DNA from: an uncultured Methanomicrobiaceae archaeon | Lineage (GTDB): Archaea > Halobacteriota > Methanomicrobia > Methanomicrobiales > Methanoculleaceae | Direction: 5' to 3' | DNA length: 64,000 bases | NCBI GenBank assembly: GCA_963826525.1 | Contig: CAWGXH010000004.1 | Span: 1,088,001 to 1,152,000, forward strand | Part shown: positions 1-9,518 of the stretch, piece after piece | How the letters are laid out: every line of letters begins with the position of its first letter | Position numbering within the stretch: the first letter of the stretch is position 1 | Notes under the pieces: model-generated | Told to the model about the DNA's origin: nothing | Databases searched by the model: none | What the model saw: only the letters and a program-made list of their open reading frames with translations | Program-made: the position numbers and the translations under genes

Positions 1-418
1 CGATCCGTTTCTCGGCGCCGAGCTGGAAATCCGTCGGGCAGACCATATTCCCTACGTTCTCGATGAAGAGGACGTCGATCTCGTCGAGGGGCAGATGGCT
101 GATGCCATGCTCGACCAGGTGTGCATCGAGGTGACACTCTTTCCCCGTGTTTGCGTTGACCGCCGGGACGCCGAGCGCGATGATCCTTTTGAAGTCGTCG
201 TCACCGTATACGTCGCCGGCAATCGCACCGGCACGAATGCCGCGCTCGCGCAAGAGCGGGACAAGCCGCTCGATCAGGGCGGTCTTCCCGGAGCCTATGG
301 CACCGAGAAGATCGAATGCCCGCACGCCGTGCTCCCGGAGGTTCCGGGCGTTGGCATCTGCAATGCGGTTGTTGACGTCGTAGACGTCCTTCTCGACGTG
401 GACGTCGATGTGATGCAT
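1..418 (-). CDS. hypB: Hydrogenase nickel incorporation GTPase HypB (runs off window start)
   Basis: Manual translation MHHIDVHVEKDVYDVNNRIA...LLGAIGSGKT...NTGKECHLDAH...FIENVGNMVCP, with P-loop, CHLDA and ENVGN motifs; not in the ORF track because it is truncated. Confidence 0.93.
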   Translation of the reverse strand, partial: MHHIDVHVEKDVYDVNNRIADANARNLREHGVRAFDLLGAIGSGKTALIERLVPLLRERGIRAGAIAGDVYGDDDFKRIIALGVPAVNANTGKECHLDAHLVEHGISHLPLDEIDVLFIENVGNMVCPTDFQLGAEKRI

Positions 419-470
419 ACAGATAGATTGATCATGATCTGTTTATAGATTAACGTCCAAAGGGTAGGTA

Positions 471-743
471 ATGAGCCCGGAACGTATCCTGTATCCCTGC
501 TACTTTGATGCCGCTCTGCTGCGCCGTGAGGGGCGAAGGGTTCCCCGTTCGATGGCCGTTAAGAATCCCACGCTCGCAGACCTCGAAGTGGCGCTCAGAC
601 AACTGAAGATCGCCTATCAGACGGGCGAGCAGCACCATCCCGGTCACTGGGTGGAGCGCGGGGGCAGAGTCGCCGCCGACTGGAGCGAGAGCAAGGAACT
701 CCTCATCAAGAGGGTGGCGCAGATCCTGCCGCGCCGGAAGTGA
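471..743 (+). CDS. srp19: Signal recognition particle 19 kDa protein
   Basis: LYPCYFDAALLRREGRRVPRSMAVKNP...HPGHW...GRV; SRP19 signature. Confidence 0.92.
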   Translation: MSPERILYPCYFDAALLRREGRRVPRSMAVKNPTLADLEVALRQLKIAYQTGEQHHPGHWVERGGRVAADWSESKELLIKRVAQILPRRK

Positions 744-753
744 GCCTGCCGGC

Positions 754-1401
754 ATGTACGATCTTCACACGCACACGATCTACAGCGACGGCGAGCTCCT
801 TCCTATCGAGCTGGTACGCCGCGCTGCGGTCCTCGGGTATCGCACCCTCGCGATCACCGACCACGCGGACAGCACGAACGTGACCCGGCTGATCGAGGAG
901 CTCGGGCCGGTGCGGGAGTCCGCTCGCGGGTACGGGGTCGATCTCCTCATCGGCGTGGAGCTGACCCACGTCCCCCCTGCGGAGATCCCGATTCTTGCGC
1001 GGAGAGCAAAGAAGGGGGGCGCCGATATCGTCGTGGTGCACGGCGAGACGACGGTGGAGCCGGTCGCACCGGGGACGAATCGTGCCGCCTGCACCTGCGA
1101 CGATGTCGATCTCCTTGCGCACCCCGGGCTTATCACGCTCGAGGATGCAAGGAATGCGGCGGAGCGCGGGATCGTACTTGAGATCACCGCGCGGGCAGGG
1201 CATAACAGGACGAACGGGCACGTGCTCCGGATTGCACAGAAGGCAGGATGTTCCGTTGCCGTGGATTCGGATGCCCACGCGCCCTCGGATCTGATGACGG
1301 AAGAAGCGAGAAAAATGATTGCGCTCGGGGCAGGGATGACGGAAGCGGAGTGTCTCGCGGCGCTCTCCCTGGACGTCGATCGGATTCTGCATCGGGTCTA
1401 A
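754..1401 (+). CDS. PHP-domain phosphoesterase (histidinol phosphatase-like)
   Basis: DLHTHT..SDG, AITDH, LLAHPG, DSDAH motifs. Confidence 0.9.
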   Translation: MYDLHTHTIYSDGELLPIELVRRAAVLGYRTLAITDHADSTNVTRLIEELGPVRESARGYGVDLLIGVELTHVPPAEIPILARRAKKGGADIVVVHGETTVEPVAPGTNRAACTCDDVDLLAHPGLITLEDARNAAERGIVLEITARAGHNRTNGHVLRIAQKAGCSVAVDSDAHAPSDLMTEEARKMIALGAGMTEAECLAALSLDVDRILHRV

Positions 1402-1500
1402 CTATTATTTATACCTTGCAGATAGGTTTTTATACTGTTCTGACATATATATATATGTTGCTCAATATTACCAAGAACAGAGTTATCTAGGGGTTGCAGT

Positions 1501-1725
1501 TTGAAGTTCGTCGGGCGTTCTACAAGTGTTTGTGGTAGTCGCATGTTAATCTTGCGATGTGATGCTGCACAACTCCCGCGTCTGCATGGTGAGGTCGTCG
1601 ATAGGCGATTGAAGCCCGTAGGAAAAGTCGTTGATGTCTTTGGGAATATATCCGCTCCCTACGCCGTAGTTCTTTGCTACAATGACTGTTCCACGCACGT
1701 TGGTGAGAAGATATTTGCAAAATAG
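1501..1725 (+). CDS. gar1: H/ACA RNP component Gar1/Naf1
   Basis: VVDRRLKPVGKVVDVFGNISAPYAVV; directly upstream of tfb. Confidence 0.85.
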   Translation: MKFVGRSTSVCGSRMLILRCDAAQLPRLHGEVVDRRLKPVGKVVDVFGNISAPYAVVLCYNDCSTHVGEKIFAK

Positions 1726-1737
1726 GAGAGATTATCC

Positions 1738-2751
1738 ATGACTGAAGTTGAGAAGCTGAAACAGCTGCAGTTGCAGCGTGAGGCCCTGAAGAAGAGGGGG
1801 GAACTGCAGGTAAAAGAGAAGGAGAAGAAGCGCACCGAAGAGACTGTCCAGACGACCTGTCCCGAGTGCGGTAGCCGCCAGCTGGTGCACGACTATGAGC
1901 GCGCGGAGCTCGTCTGCCAGAAGTGCGGCCTTGTCCTTGACGAAGAGTTCATCGACCGCGGCCCCGAGTGGCGTGCATTCGACCATGACCAGCGCATGAA
2001 GCGTTCCCGTGTCGGTGCGCCGATGACCTTCACGATCCACGACAAGGGTCTCTCCACGATGATCGACTGGAGAAACCGCGACTCATACGGTCGGGCCATC
2101 TCCAGCAAGAACCGTGCGCAGCTCTACCGTCTCCGGAAGTGGCAGCGGCGTATCCGGGTCTCGAACGCAACCGAGCGGAACCTCGCGTTCGCGCTCTCCG
2201 AGCTCGACCGGATGGCATCCGCGCTCGGTCTTCCCCGGAACGTCCGTGAGACCGCCGCGGTTGTCTACCGTGACGCCGTGGATAAGAACCTGATCCGCGG
2301 ACGGAGTATCGAGGGTGTCGCCGCGGCAGCGCTGTATGCGGCATGCCGGCAGTGCAGCGTTCCTCGGACGCTCGACGAGATCGCCGAGGTCTCCCGTGTC
2401 TCCCGAAAGGAGATCGGCAGGACGTACCGGTTCATCTCCCGTGAGCTCGGTCTGAAACTCCTCCCGACCTCGCCGATCGACTACGTCCCGCGCTTCTGCT
2501 CCGGGTTAAACCTCAAGGGTGAGGTGCAGAGCCGTGCGGTCGAGATCCTCCGGCAGGCAGGCGAGCGTGAGTTAACGAGCGGCAGAGGCCCAACCGGGGT
2601 TGCTGCGGCCGCGATTTATATCTCCTCCATCCTCGGCGGCGAGCGCCGTACCCAGCGCGAGGTGGCCGAGGTGGCAGGGGTGACTGAGGTCACCATCAGG
2701 AACAGATATAAGGAACTGGCAGAAAAATTAGATATCGAGATCATACTCTGA
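1738..2751 (+). CDS. tfb: Transcription initiation factor IIB
   Basis: Zn ribbon CPECGS...CQKCG, B-reader GPEWRAF, two cyclin repeats, [13 protein letters not shown]. Confidence 0.98.
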   Translation: MTEVEKLKQLQLQREALKKRGELQVKEKEKKRTEETVQTTCPECGSRQLVHDYERAELVCQKCGLVLDEEFIDRGPEWRAFDHDQRMKRSRVGAPMTFTIHDKGLSTMIDWRNRDSYGRAISSKNRAQLYRLRKWQRRIRVSNATERNLAFALSELDRMASALGLPRNVRETAAVVYRDAVDKNLIRGRSIEGVAAAALYAACRQCSVPRTLDEIAEVSRVSRKEIGRTYRFISRELGLKLLPTSPIDYVPRFCSGLNLKGEVQSRAVEILRQAGERELTSGRGPTGVAAAAIYISSILGGERRTQREVAEVAGVTEVTIRNRYKELAEKLDIEIIL

Positions 2752-2762
2752 TCTCTTTTCTC

Positions 2763-2834
2763 GGGCTTGTAGATCAGGGGTAGATCGCTACGTTCGCAAC
2801 GTAGAGGCCGCGGGTTCAAATCCCGCCGAGTCCA
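2763..2834 (+). tRNA. tRNA-Ala (anticodon CGC)
   Basis: GGGCTTG acceptor with G3:U70 pair, D arm GATC...GATC, anticodon arm CTACG-TTCGCAA-CGTAG, T arm GCGGG-TTCAAAT-CCCGC, discriminator A. Confidence 0.95.
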
Positions 2835-3093
2835 TCGTCTTTCTCTTGAACCGTTCTTCGTGTGCACTTTGGCGACCGTAGGTCGCCGCGGGGTTTCGAA
2901 AGGGGCGGAGCCCCTTCGGTTCGCAAAAGAAGAGGCCGCGGGTTCAAATCCCGCCGAGTCCATCGTCTTTTTCTTGAACTCGTTCTTCGAATGTGCACTT
3001 TGGCGACCGCAGGTCGCCGTGGGGTTTCGAAAGGGGCGGAGCCCCTTCGGTTCGCAAAAGAAGAGGCCGCGGGTTCGAATCCCGCCGAGTCCA
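2835..3093 (+). repeat. Two tandem units (128 bp, 2835-2962; 131 bp, 2963-3093), each ending in the 3' half of tRNA-Ala
   Basis: Both end in AGAGGCCGCGGGTTC(A/G)AATCCCGCCGAGTCCA and contain hairpins GGCGACC-NNN-GGTCGCC and AAGGGGC-GGA-GCCCCTT. Confidence 0.93.
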
Positions 3094-3148
3094 TCTTATT
3101 TTCGTCTCCGCCGTTATCCGATGACGGGCTATTAAAAAAGAAGTTCGC

Positions 3149-4322
3149 TTATCGCTTCCTCAGCCCTTTTACCGCCCATACGCCGACGCATGCGGCCGCG
3201 CCGATGAACGCTGCCTCTCCTCCCGCCGTCGGGGTCGGGGTGGGGGTGCCTGCCGTCTCTTCAGGCGCCGGTGTCGGCGCCGCCGTCGTCGGAACCGGCC
3301 GCTCCGCCGTTGCAAAGATCAGCGTGCTGTTCCCTGCCGCTGCGGCGAGGGTATCTCCCGGTGCTGCTGAGCGCCACCTCCCTGACGGGTGCGCCTGCCG
3401 GGTACGTCCAGTTCGCCCGGGTCCCGGTGTCGATGAACGAGATCGTGCCGCTCCCCGTCCCTGCCGCAACGGCACCTCCGTTTCGGGAGATGGCAACGGT
3501 TCCGACATCGTCGTCCATTCGCTCCACAAAGATTAGATCCTCGCCGGCACGGAAGAACTGGAGATTGCCGCCCCGGTTTCCGACGACCACGTACCGGCCG
3601 TCACGGGAGAGCGCGATTGCGAGGATAGGCGTGCCGGTGACCTTCAGCCAGGGAAGCCCTCCCTGACGGCTGTAGACGTAGAGGTTGTCGTCGGCGCTCC
3701 CTGCTGCGATGACCGTCCCGTCCGCCGATATCCCTACTGCCGGGACGGTGCCCCGTGCAAGGTTCTCCCAGATGATATTGCCGCGCCGCCCGATGAGCGA
3801 GATCCTGCCGTTATCGGTTCCCACCGCGATATACTGGCCGTCCGACGAGATGGCGACGGAACGAACGGTATCACCCGTCGAGACGTTCCAGAGCGTATCG
3901 CCGAGGAAGGTGTAGAGATGTACCCGGGTGCTCCCGGCCGCTATATACCGGCCGCTCTCGGTGACGGCAACCGACGAGACCGGTGCTTCGGTGGTCTTCG
4001 TCCAGATCGGATCTCCGTTCTCGTCGAGGAGTGTCACGGTGCCGTTTCCCGTCCCGACAGCGGTATAGGCACCGGTATCGGCTACGGCGATCGCACTCAC
4101 GTTCTCTCCGCCTGGATACGTCCACCGGCTGCCCCCGCTCCCGTTCAGGGCGATGACCTCTCCCCCTGCGGTTCCGGCGACGACAGTGCTGCCGTCACCC
4201 GATACCGCCACCGCCGTGACGCTGCTGTTCGCCGCCGTCTCCCCTGCCGCTGCAGCCTGGATCAGGCAGGCGGCGAGCAGGAGACCTGCAAGCATCAGCG
4301 TTCGATTCCTCTTCATTCTCAT
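3149..4322 (-). CDS. Secreted WD40/PQQ-type beta-propeller protein with Thr/Pro linker and C-terminal membrane anchor (one frameshift near 3350)
   Basis: Signal peptide, repeated VAISxDGxY...W blades; C-terminal TPTPTPT plus hydrophobic segment and KGLRKR in ORF 3149..3529. Confidence 0.8.
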
Positions 4323-4496
4323 TCCCCCTTTCAGTCTGCCGGACCCTCCCGATGACGGGAGGGGCGAACACTCTGCTGATCCCTTCCTGTTCTATAAAAA
4401 ACATTGTACAAAATGCGATCGGGTGGGTTCCGCTGCTCCGAAGGGTGGAAAGGTATAACGCTCCGGTATGCCTACCGTCTCTCTGGGAAGAGAACC

Positions 4497-4931
4497 ATGA
4501 GCAGAGCAGATGATGCGGTCTCCCGGTTCCGGGAGGGTTCCAGTTGTGCACAGTCGGTAGCCTCGGTCTTCGCGCCCGATCTCGGGCTCTCCGAGGAGCA
4601 GGCACTCCGGGTCTCCTCGGGGTTCGGGGGCGGGATGGGCCAGACCGGCGGGGTGTGCGGGGTAATCTCGGGAGGAATCATGGCTATCGGCCTCCGCTAC
4701 GGGAGCGGGGTGCCGGGAGATAAAGAGGCCCGGGCGAAGACCTACGCAGTTACCGCGGAGTTCATCGGCCGGTTCCGGGAGCGGCACGGGTCGGTTGCCT
4801 GCCCCGATCTCCTCGGGTGCGATCTCTCCGTGCCGGAGGAGCGTGAACGGGCACGCCGACAGAACCTCACCAGGGACGTCTGCCCGGGGTACATCCGCGA
4901 TGCGGTAGAGATTCTCGAAGAACTTCTGTAA
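4497..4931 (+). CDS. C_GCAxxG_C_C family putative redox protein
   Basis: SCAQSV...GFGGGMG..GVCGVISG...CPDLLG...C motif. Confidence 0.9.
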   Translation: MSRADDAVSRFREGSSCAQSVASVFAPDLGLSEEQALRVSSGFGGGMGQTGGVCGVISGGIMAIGLRYGSGVPGDKEARAKTYAVTAEFIGRFRERHGSVACPDLLGCDLSVPEERERARRQNLTRDVCPGYIRDAVEILEELL

Positions 4932-4938
4932 CCCCTTT

Positions 4939-6120
4939 TTACCCGACGAGGCGGCGGACCGCCTTTCCGAGCCGGTCCATCCCCTCGACGATCATCGCTT
5001 CGCTTGCGTTCGAGAAGTTCAGGCGCATGGCGGTATCGCCGCCGCCGTCGACGTAGAACGCCCGGCCCGGCACGAACGCAACATTCTCGCGAAGCGCAAG
5101 CTCGAGGAGCGCCGTGGTCGAGCAGCCGTCCGGGAGCGTGACCCAGAGGAACATCCCGCCCTCGGGCTTCGTGACCGAGACGCCCTCCGGGAAGTTCTCT
5201 TCGACGCAGGAGAGCATCAGGTCGCGCCTGGTCGTATACTCCCGGATGATGCGCTCGATGTGGGCGTCGAGGTCGTTCACTTCAAGGTACCGGGCGATGA
5301 TCCGCTGGGCGAGGAAGTTCGAGTGGAGGTCGGATGCCTGTTTTGCAACGTTCACCTGCTCGATGATCTCCTGTGGCGCACAGATCCACCCCATCCGCAG
5401 TCCCGGCGTGACTATCTTCGAGAACGACCCGGTGATGATCGTGCTCTCCGGCAGGTATGTCCTGAAGGACGGAAGGCTTCTGCCGTCGAACCGCAGTTCT
5501 CCGTAGGCATCGTCCTCGACGAAGAGGGTATCCGTGCCGGAGAGGAGATTGGCGATCTCTCTCCGCTTCTCTTCCGAGTAGGTGACGCCCGAGGGGTTCT
5601 GGGCGTTCGGGACACCGTAGAAGAACCGGGGGCGGGTGCGCCTGAGCACGCTCTCGAGTTCCTCTGCGTCAGGCCCGTCGCTCTCGAGGGCGACGGTATG
5701 AAACTTTGGCTCGTAGAGGGAGAACGCCTGGATGGCGCCGAGGTAGCCCGGCCGCTCGATGAGAACCGGATCGCCCGGGTCGATGAGCACCTTCCCGATG
5801 AGGTCGAGGCACTGCTGCGACCCGTTCGTGATCAGGATCTCGTCAGGGTCGACGGATAGATTGAGCCTCTCTCTGTAGCGGTCGGCGATGAAGGTGCGGA
5901 GCGGCAGGTAGCCTTCGGTCGTGCTGTACTGGAGGGCGGACTCGCCTGCATGCGTCATGACGTGCTCTGCGGCCGCCCGGAGTTCCTCGACGGCGAAGAG
6001 GGAGGGGCTCGGAAGCCCTCCGGCGAACGAGATGACCTCCGGCCGTTCGGTCGTCTTCAGGATATCGCGGATGAACGATCGCGGGGTCTTCTGCATGCGG
6101 GAAGCAAAGTGGTACGTCAT
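4939..6120 (-). CDS. PLP-dependent class I/II aminotransferase (2-aminoadipate/aromatic type)
   Basis: ISFAGGLP, NPSG, EDDAY, SFSKIVTPGLRMGW, MRLNFS. Confidence 0.93.
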   Translation of the reverse strand: MTYHFASRMQKTPRSFIRDILKTTERPEVISFAGGLPSPSLFAVEELRAAAEHVMTHAGESALQYSTTEGYLPLRTFIADRYRERLNLSVDPDEILITNGSQQCLDLIGKVLIDPGDPVLIERPGYLGAIQAFSLYEPKFHTVALESDGPDAEELESVLRRTRPRFFYGVPNAQNPSGVTYSEEKRREIANLLSGTDTLFVEDDAYGELRFDGRSLPSFRTYLPESTIITGSFSKIVTPGLRMGWICAPQEIIEQVNVAKQASDLHSNFLAQRIIARYLEVNDLDAHIERIIREYTTRRDLMLSCVEENFPEGVSVTKPEGGMFLWVTLPDGCSTTALLELALRENVAFVPGRAFYVDGGGDTAMRLNFSNASEAMIVEGMDRLGKAVRRLVG

Positions 6121-6124
6121 GGTC

Positions 6125-7231
6125 TCATTCCTCCTCCAGGGGCACGGGGAGACTTTGTTCTCCGGCCGGTGCGTGATACAGAGTTTTCGCTCTCATCCGG
6201 GATAAGGGATTCCGGAGCCGGTATCCCCGGACGAGGTCTCCCGGCCGCGTATTCTTCAGTGCCAGCGCTCTGCTCTCGAGGAGGTTCCACGAGAGGACCG
6301 CGAGCGGGAGGGTCAGGAGGAAGGTCAGGACGGCGAGTGCGGCGACCGAGAGGCGATCCCCTGCATACCAGACGAGCGACTGTTGGATGGGGTATGAGTA
6401 GACATACAGGCCGTAGGAGAAGTCCCCGTGCCGCCCGAAGGCGTGCAGCCCGCCCACAGGGAGGTATGCCGCATACAGGACGAGGTAGGGGACGCAGATG
6501 ATGGAGACGATGTCGTGGTAGGGTGTCAGGGCGGAGAGGACGAGGGCGAGGAGGAGCGGTGCGGCGATCCGGATGTCGTAGACGAGCCGCTCGCGGTTCT
6601 GGTAGAAGTATGCGCCGATGAGGAAGTAGAGGGTGAACCTGACCTTGGCGAGGCTCGGGTCGTCGTACCATGCCATCCAGAGGGCGACGTCGAGGGCTAT
6701 CAGCAGGAGGACGACTCCCTTCCTCCGGAGCAGCCCTGCGATGCCGAGAAGCGCGACCACGCCGTACATCCCGACCTCGACGGGGATCGTCCAGAGCGAG
6801 GCATTTACGTAGGTGACGGGGTTACCGGTGAAGATCCCGATGGCCGAACCGTTCTCAAAGAAGGGGAGCGACGCGAGGGTCTGCCAGGAGAAGACGGTGG
6901 CGATGTACTCCGGCAGCGGAAGGGCCGTCACGAGCGGCCCGACGATGAAGAGCGTGAAGAGGACGGCGGCCACGAGCGCGGGAAAGACCCGGAGAGATCG
7001 CTTCCAGAAGAATCGCGCCGGCGACGCCGTCGTCTCCCAGCTGGCGGAGATGAGGTAGCCGCTGACGACGAAGAGCGCCGCAAGTGCCAGATACCCGAGC
7101 AGAAGGAGCAGGTCGTCCGACCGGATACGGGCGTAGCCGAGCGAGAGCGAGTATGCGTGTGCGATGATCACAACCGTCGCTGCAGCAAACCGCAGAACGT
7201 CGAAGTTGTTCTCATGCCTGCCCGGGCTCAT
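6125..7231 (-). CDS. Acyltransferase-3 family membrane O-acyltransferase
   Basis: NNFDVLR..A..VI..H, FFWKRSLRVFP, NASLWTIPVE, GDFSYGLYVY..P. Confidence 0.9.
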   Translation of the reverse strand: MSPGRHENNFDVLRFAAATVVIIAHAYSLSLGYARIRSDDLLLLLGYLALAALFVVSGYLISASWETTASPARFFWKRSLRVFPALVAAVLFTLFIVGPLVTALPLPEYIATVFSWQTLASLPFFENGSAIGIFTGNPVTYVNASLWTIPVEVGMYGVVALLGIAGLLRRKGVVLLLIALDVALWMAWYDDPSLAKVRFTLYFLIGAYFYQNRERLVYDIRIAAPLLLALVLSALTPYHDIVSIICVPYLVLYAAYLPVGGLHAFGRHGDFSYGLYVYSYPIQQSLVWYAGDRLSVAALAVLTFLLTLPLAVLSWNLLESRALALKNTRPGDLVRGYRLRNPLSRMRAKTLYHAPAGEQSLPVPLEEE

Positions 7232-7315
7232 ATACTCACTGGTTTTCCTTCAGTGAATATACATCTCTCTCCTCGCGCCGGGGTGCGGCAGCGGCAACCT
7301 GAAAAATGGTGTGGT

Positions 7316-7744
7316 TCAGTCGGTTGCCGGGAACGACTCCCCTTCTTCCTGCTCCGCGCACGGCAGCGAGAAGTGGGTGAGTGCGCAGAGCCAGCGTTCG
7401 CCCTCGCGCCTGAAGACGGCGGTCATCCTTCCTTCAAGCGCCTCGCTCTTCCCCTCGATCGTCGGGGTGATGGTGCACCGGGCGGCGACCCAGGCGACAT
7501 CCCCCAATCCCGCGACCCGGATATCGTCGAACTCCATCGAGAGCGCCTCGCACTGGATGAAATCCCGCTCGAGCCCGAGCCGGTACTCCTCGAGGTCGGT
7601 GCAGACCTCGTCCGATCCCGACCCGAAGGCGATGAACTCCGGAGCGGTCAGCGCGAGCACTGCGTCAGGGTCGCGGCGGCTGTATGCGGCGCCATATTCT
7701 CTCAGTGCCTCTGTAACTTTCTCGATCGCTTTTTCGTCAAGCAT
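7316..7744 (-). CDS. SnoaL/NTF2-like protein
   Basis: GDVAWV...GRMTAVFRREGERWLCALTHFSLP. Confidence 0.85.
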   Translation of the reverse strand: MLDEKAIEKVTEALREYGAAYSRRDPDAVLALTAPEFIAFGSGSDEVCTDLEEYRLGLERDFIQCEALSMEFDDIRVAGLGDVAWVAARCTITPTIEGKSEALEGRMTAVFRREGERWLCALTHFSLPCAEQEEGESFPATD

Positions 7745-7865
7745 ACGGGCATTCCTCTCCCGGAGAGATGGATCTTTCCGTGCTTAACTGTTTCCAATTG
7801 TTGAGTTTGCCGGGATGACCTCGCCGTGCATAGTTCAAATACGAGGAGGGACAGTAACCAACCGT

Positions 7866-8657
7866 ATGGACCCGCTTGTCGTTGCCACGTTTGCGATTGT
7901 CATCCTCCTTGAGTTTGCCGTCCCCCTGGGGCTCGGGTGGTGGATAGCCCGCAGGTTCGGGGTGTCCTGGACGATCTTCGGGTACGGTGCCCTCTTCTTC
8001 ATCGTCGTGCAGATATTCCACACGCCCCTCGTCCTCGTCACGCAGGGGCCGCTCACCCTCTTCCTGCTCGAGACCCTGCAGGACATGACGCTCGTCGTTG
8101 CCGTCCTTGCCCTCTACCTCGGCCTGCTTGCGGGGCTCTTCGAGGAGATCGGCCGCTACCTCGTCTTCCGGTACTTCTTTCCGCGCCGGGTGATTCCGCT
8201 TGTCCGGGAGAACGGGCTGATGTTCGGTACCGGGTGGGGCGGTATCGAGAGCATGATCGTCGGCGGTCTTGTCTTCACGACGCTGCTCTCCTATATCGCC
8301 CTCACCTCGGGGGACACGACGCTCCTCACTGCCGACCCTGCCGTCCAGCAGCAGGCGGCCGCCCTCCTCGCCCTGACGCCTCTCGATATCCTGCCCGGCC
8401 TCTTCGAGCGTATCATGACCATCATCCTCCATATCGCCTGGACGCTGATGGTGCTGGCGTCGATCGTCCTCGCACGCCCCGCCCTGCTGGTGCTGGCCAT
8501 CCTCTGGCATGCCGCCGTCGATGCTGCCGTGGTCTACCTCGCGCAGACATCGGGAATCCTCATCGCAGAGGCGTCGCTCTTCGTCTTCGCGGTAATTGGG
8601 GTCGCTTACATCTTCTGGGAGTGGAAGCGCCTCGGCAGGCATCAGGCGGCGGCCTGA
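7866..8657 (+). CDS. YhfC/PrsW-like intramembrane glutamic protease
   Basis: AGLFEEIGRY, GWGGIES, ERIMTIILH, WHAAVD; polytopic membrane protein. Confidence 0.85.
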   Translation: MDPLVVATFAIVILLEFAVPLGLGWWIARRFGVSWTIFGYGALFFIVVQIFHTPLVLVTQGPLTLFLLETLQDMTLVVAVLALYLGLLAGLFEEIGRYLVFRYFFPRRVIPLVRENGLMFGTGWGGIESMIVGGLVFTTLLSYIALTSGDTTLLTADPAVQQQAAALLALTPLDILPGLFERIMTIILHIAWTLMVLASIVLARPALLVLAILWHAAVDAAVVYLAQTSGILIAEASLFVFAVIGVAYIFWEWKRLGRHQAAA

Positions 8658-8658
8658 T

Positions 8659-9518
8659 TCACCACCGGTGCTGGTAGCCCCGGCGGTCGAGCGCCCGCCC
8701 GTCGACGAGCACCGACGGCTCTTTGGTGACCCTGCCGATGACCGTGCCCTCCACCCCCGGAACGGGGAGGAGTCCTTCCGGGCAGGTGAAGAGGAGCTCG
8801 AAGTCCCCGCCGCCGTGGAGTGCGAGCTCGCGTGCCTCCCCCTCCGGCACCCCGGCCGGGAGCGGCAGGCGGCGGCTCTCGACGGCGAACCCGCAGCCGT
8901 TCGCCGCCACCATATCGTAGAGCGAGAGGGCGAGGCCGTCGGAGATATCCATCATCGCGGTCACCCCCGCCCTGCCGAGCGCTATCCCTTCGCGGACTCG
9001 CGGCTGCGGTTCGAGGAGCGCCCGCCGGTGCCGCCCGTAGCCTTCGAGCGCCGCCTGCGCCTCGCCGAGGGGCCGGTCACCACGACGACGTCGCCCGGCC
9101 GTGCCCCCTTCCGGCGGACGAGGTGCTCCGGCGCGACGTGCCCGAGACCCGTGCTGACGATCGTGAGTTCCCGGTGGGCGTCGAGGTCGCCGCCGGCGAG
9201 CTCCGCTCCGAAGGTGGTGCAGCAGTCGTGGGCGCCCTCCATGATCGAAATGAGCCGTTCCGGGTCGTCGAGGCCGACGGCGAGGAGGACGGCGGTCGGA
9301 GCCGCACCCATGGCGGCGATATCCGAGAGGGTGACCGCGACCGACATCCAGCCGATCTGCCACCCCGTCATCCCGGCAGGAAAGTCGGTGGTCTCGTGGA
9401 GCATATCCGTGGTCGCGACGAGAAACTCCCCGCCGTGCGGAAGGACGGCGCAGTCGTCGAGCGTCTGTTTGCGGCCGATGATCGCCTGCACCCGGGTCAG
9501 CAGGTCCCGGTCATCCAC
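8659..9518 (-). CDS. thiL: Thiamine-monophosphate kinase (frameshift near 9070)
   Basis: DDCAV..TTDM..TDFP, LSDIAAMGA, GGD in ORF 8982..9647; MMDISDGL, GGGDFELLF, GYQH in ORF 8659..9363. Confidence 0.92.

Noticed and set aside
2763-2834. tRNA-Ala as the attachment site of the 20-38 kb accessory region
   Set aside because: It lies 17 kb away with housekeeping genes in between, and no tRNA 3' copy was seen at either end of the region.
2835-3093. Tandem units as a CRISPR array or as extra functional tRNAs
   Set aside because: The intervening sequences are near-identical rather than unique spacers, no cas genes are present, and the units lack a proper D arm and 5' acceptor strand.
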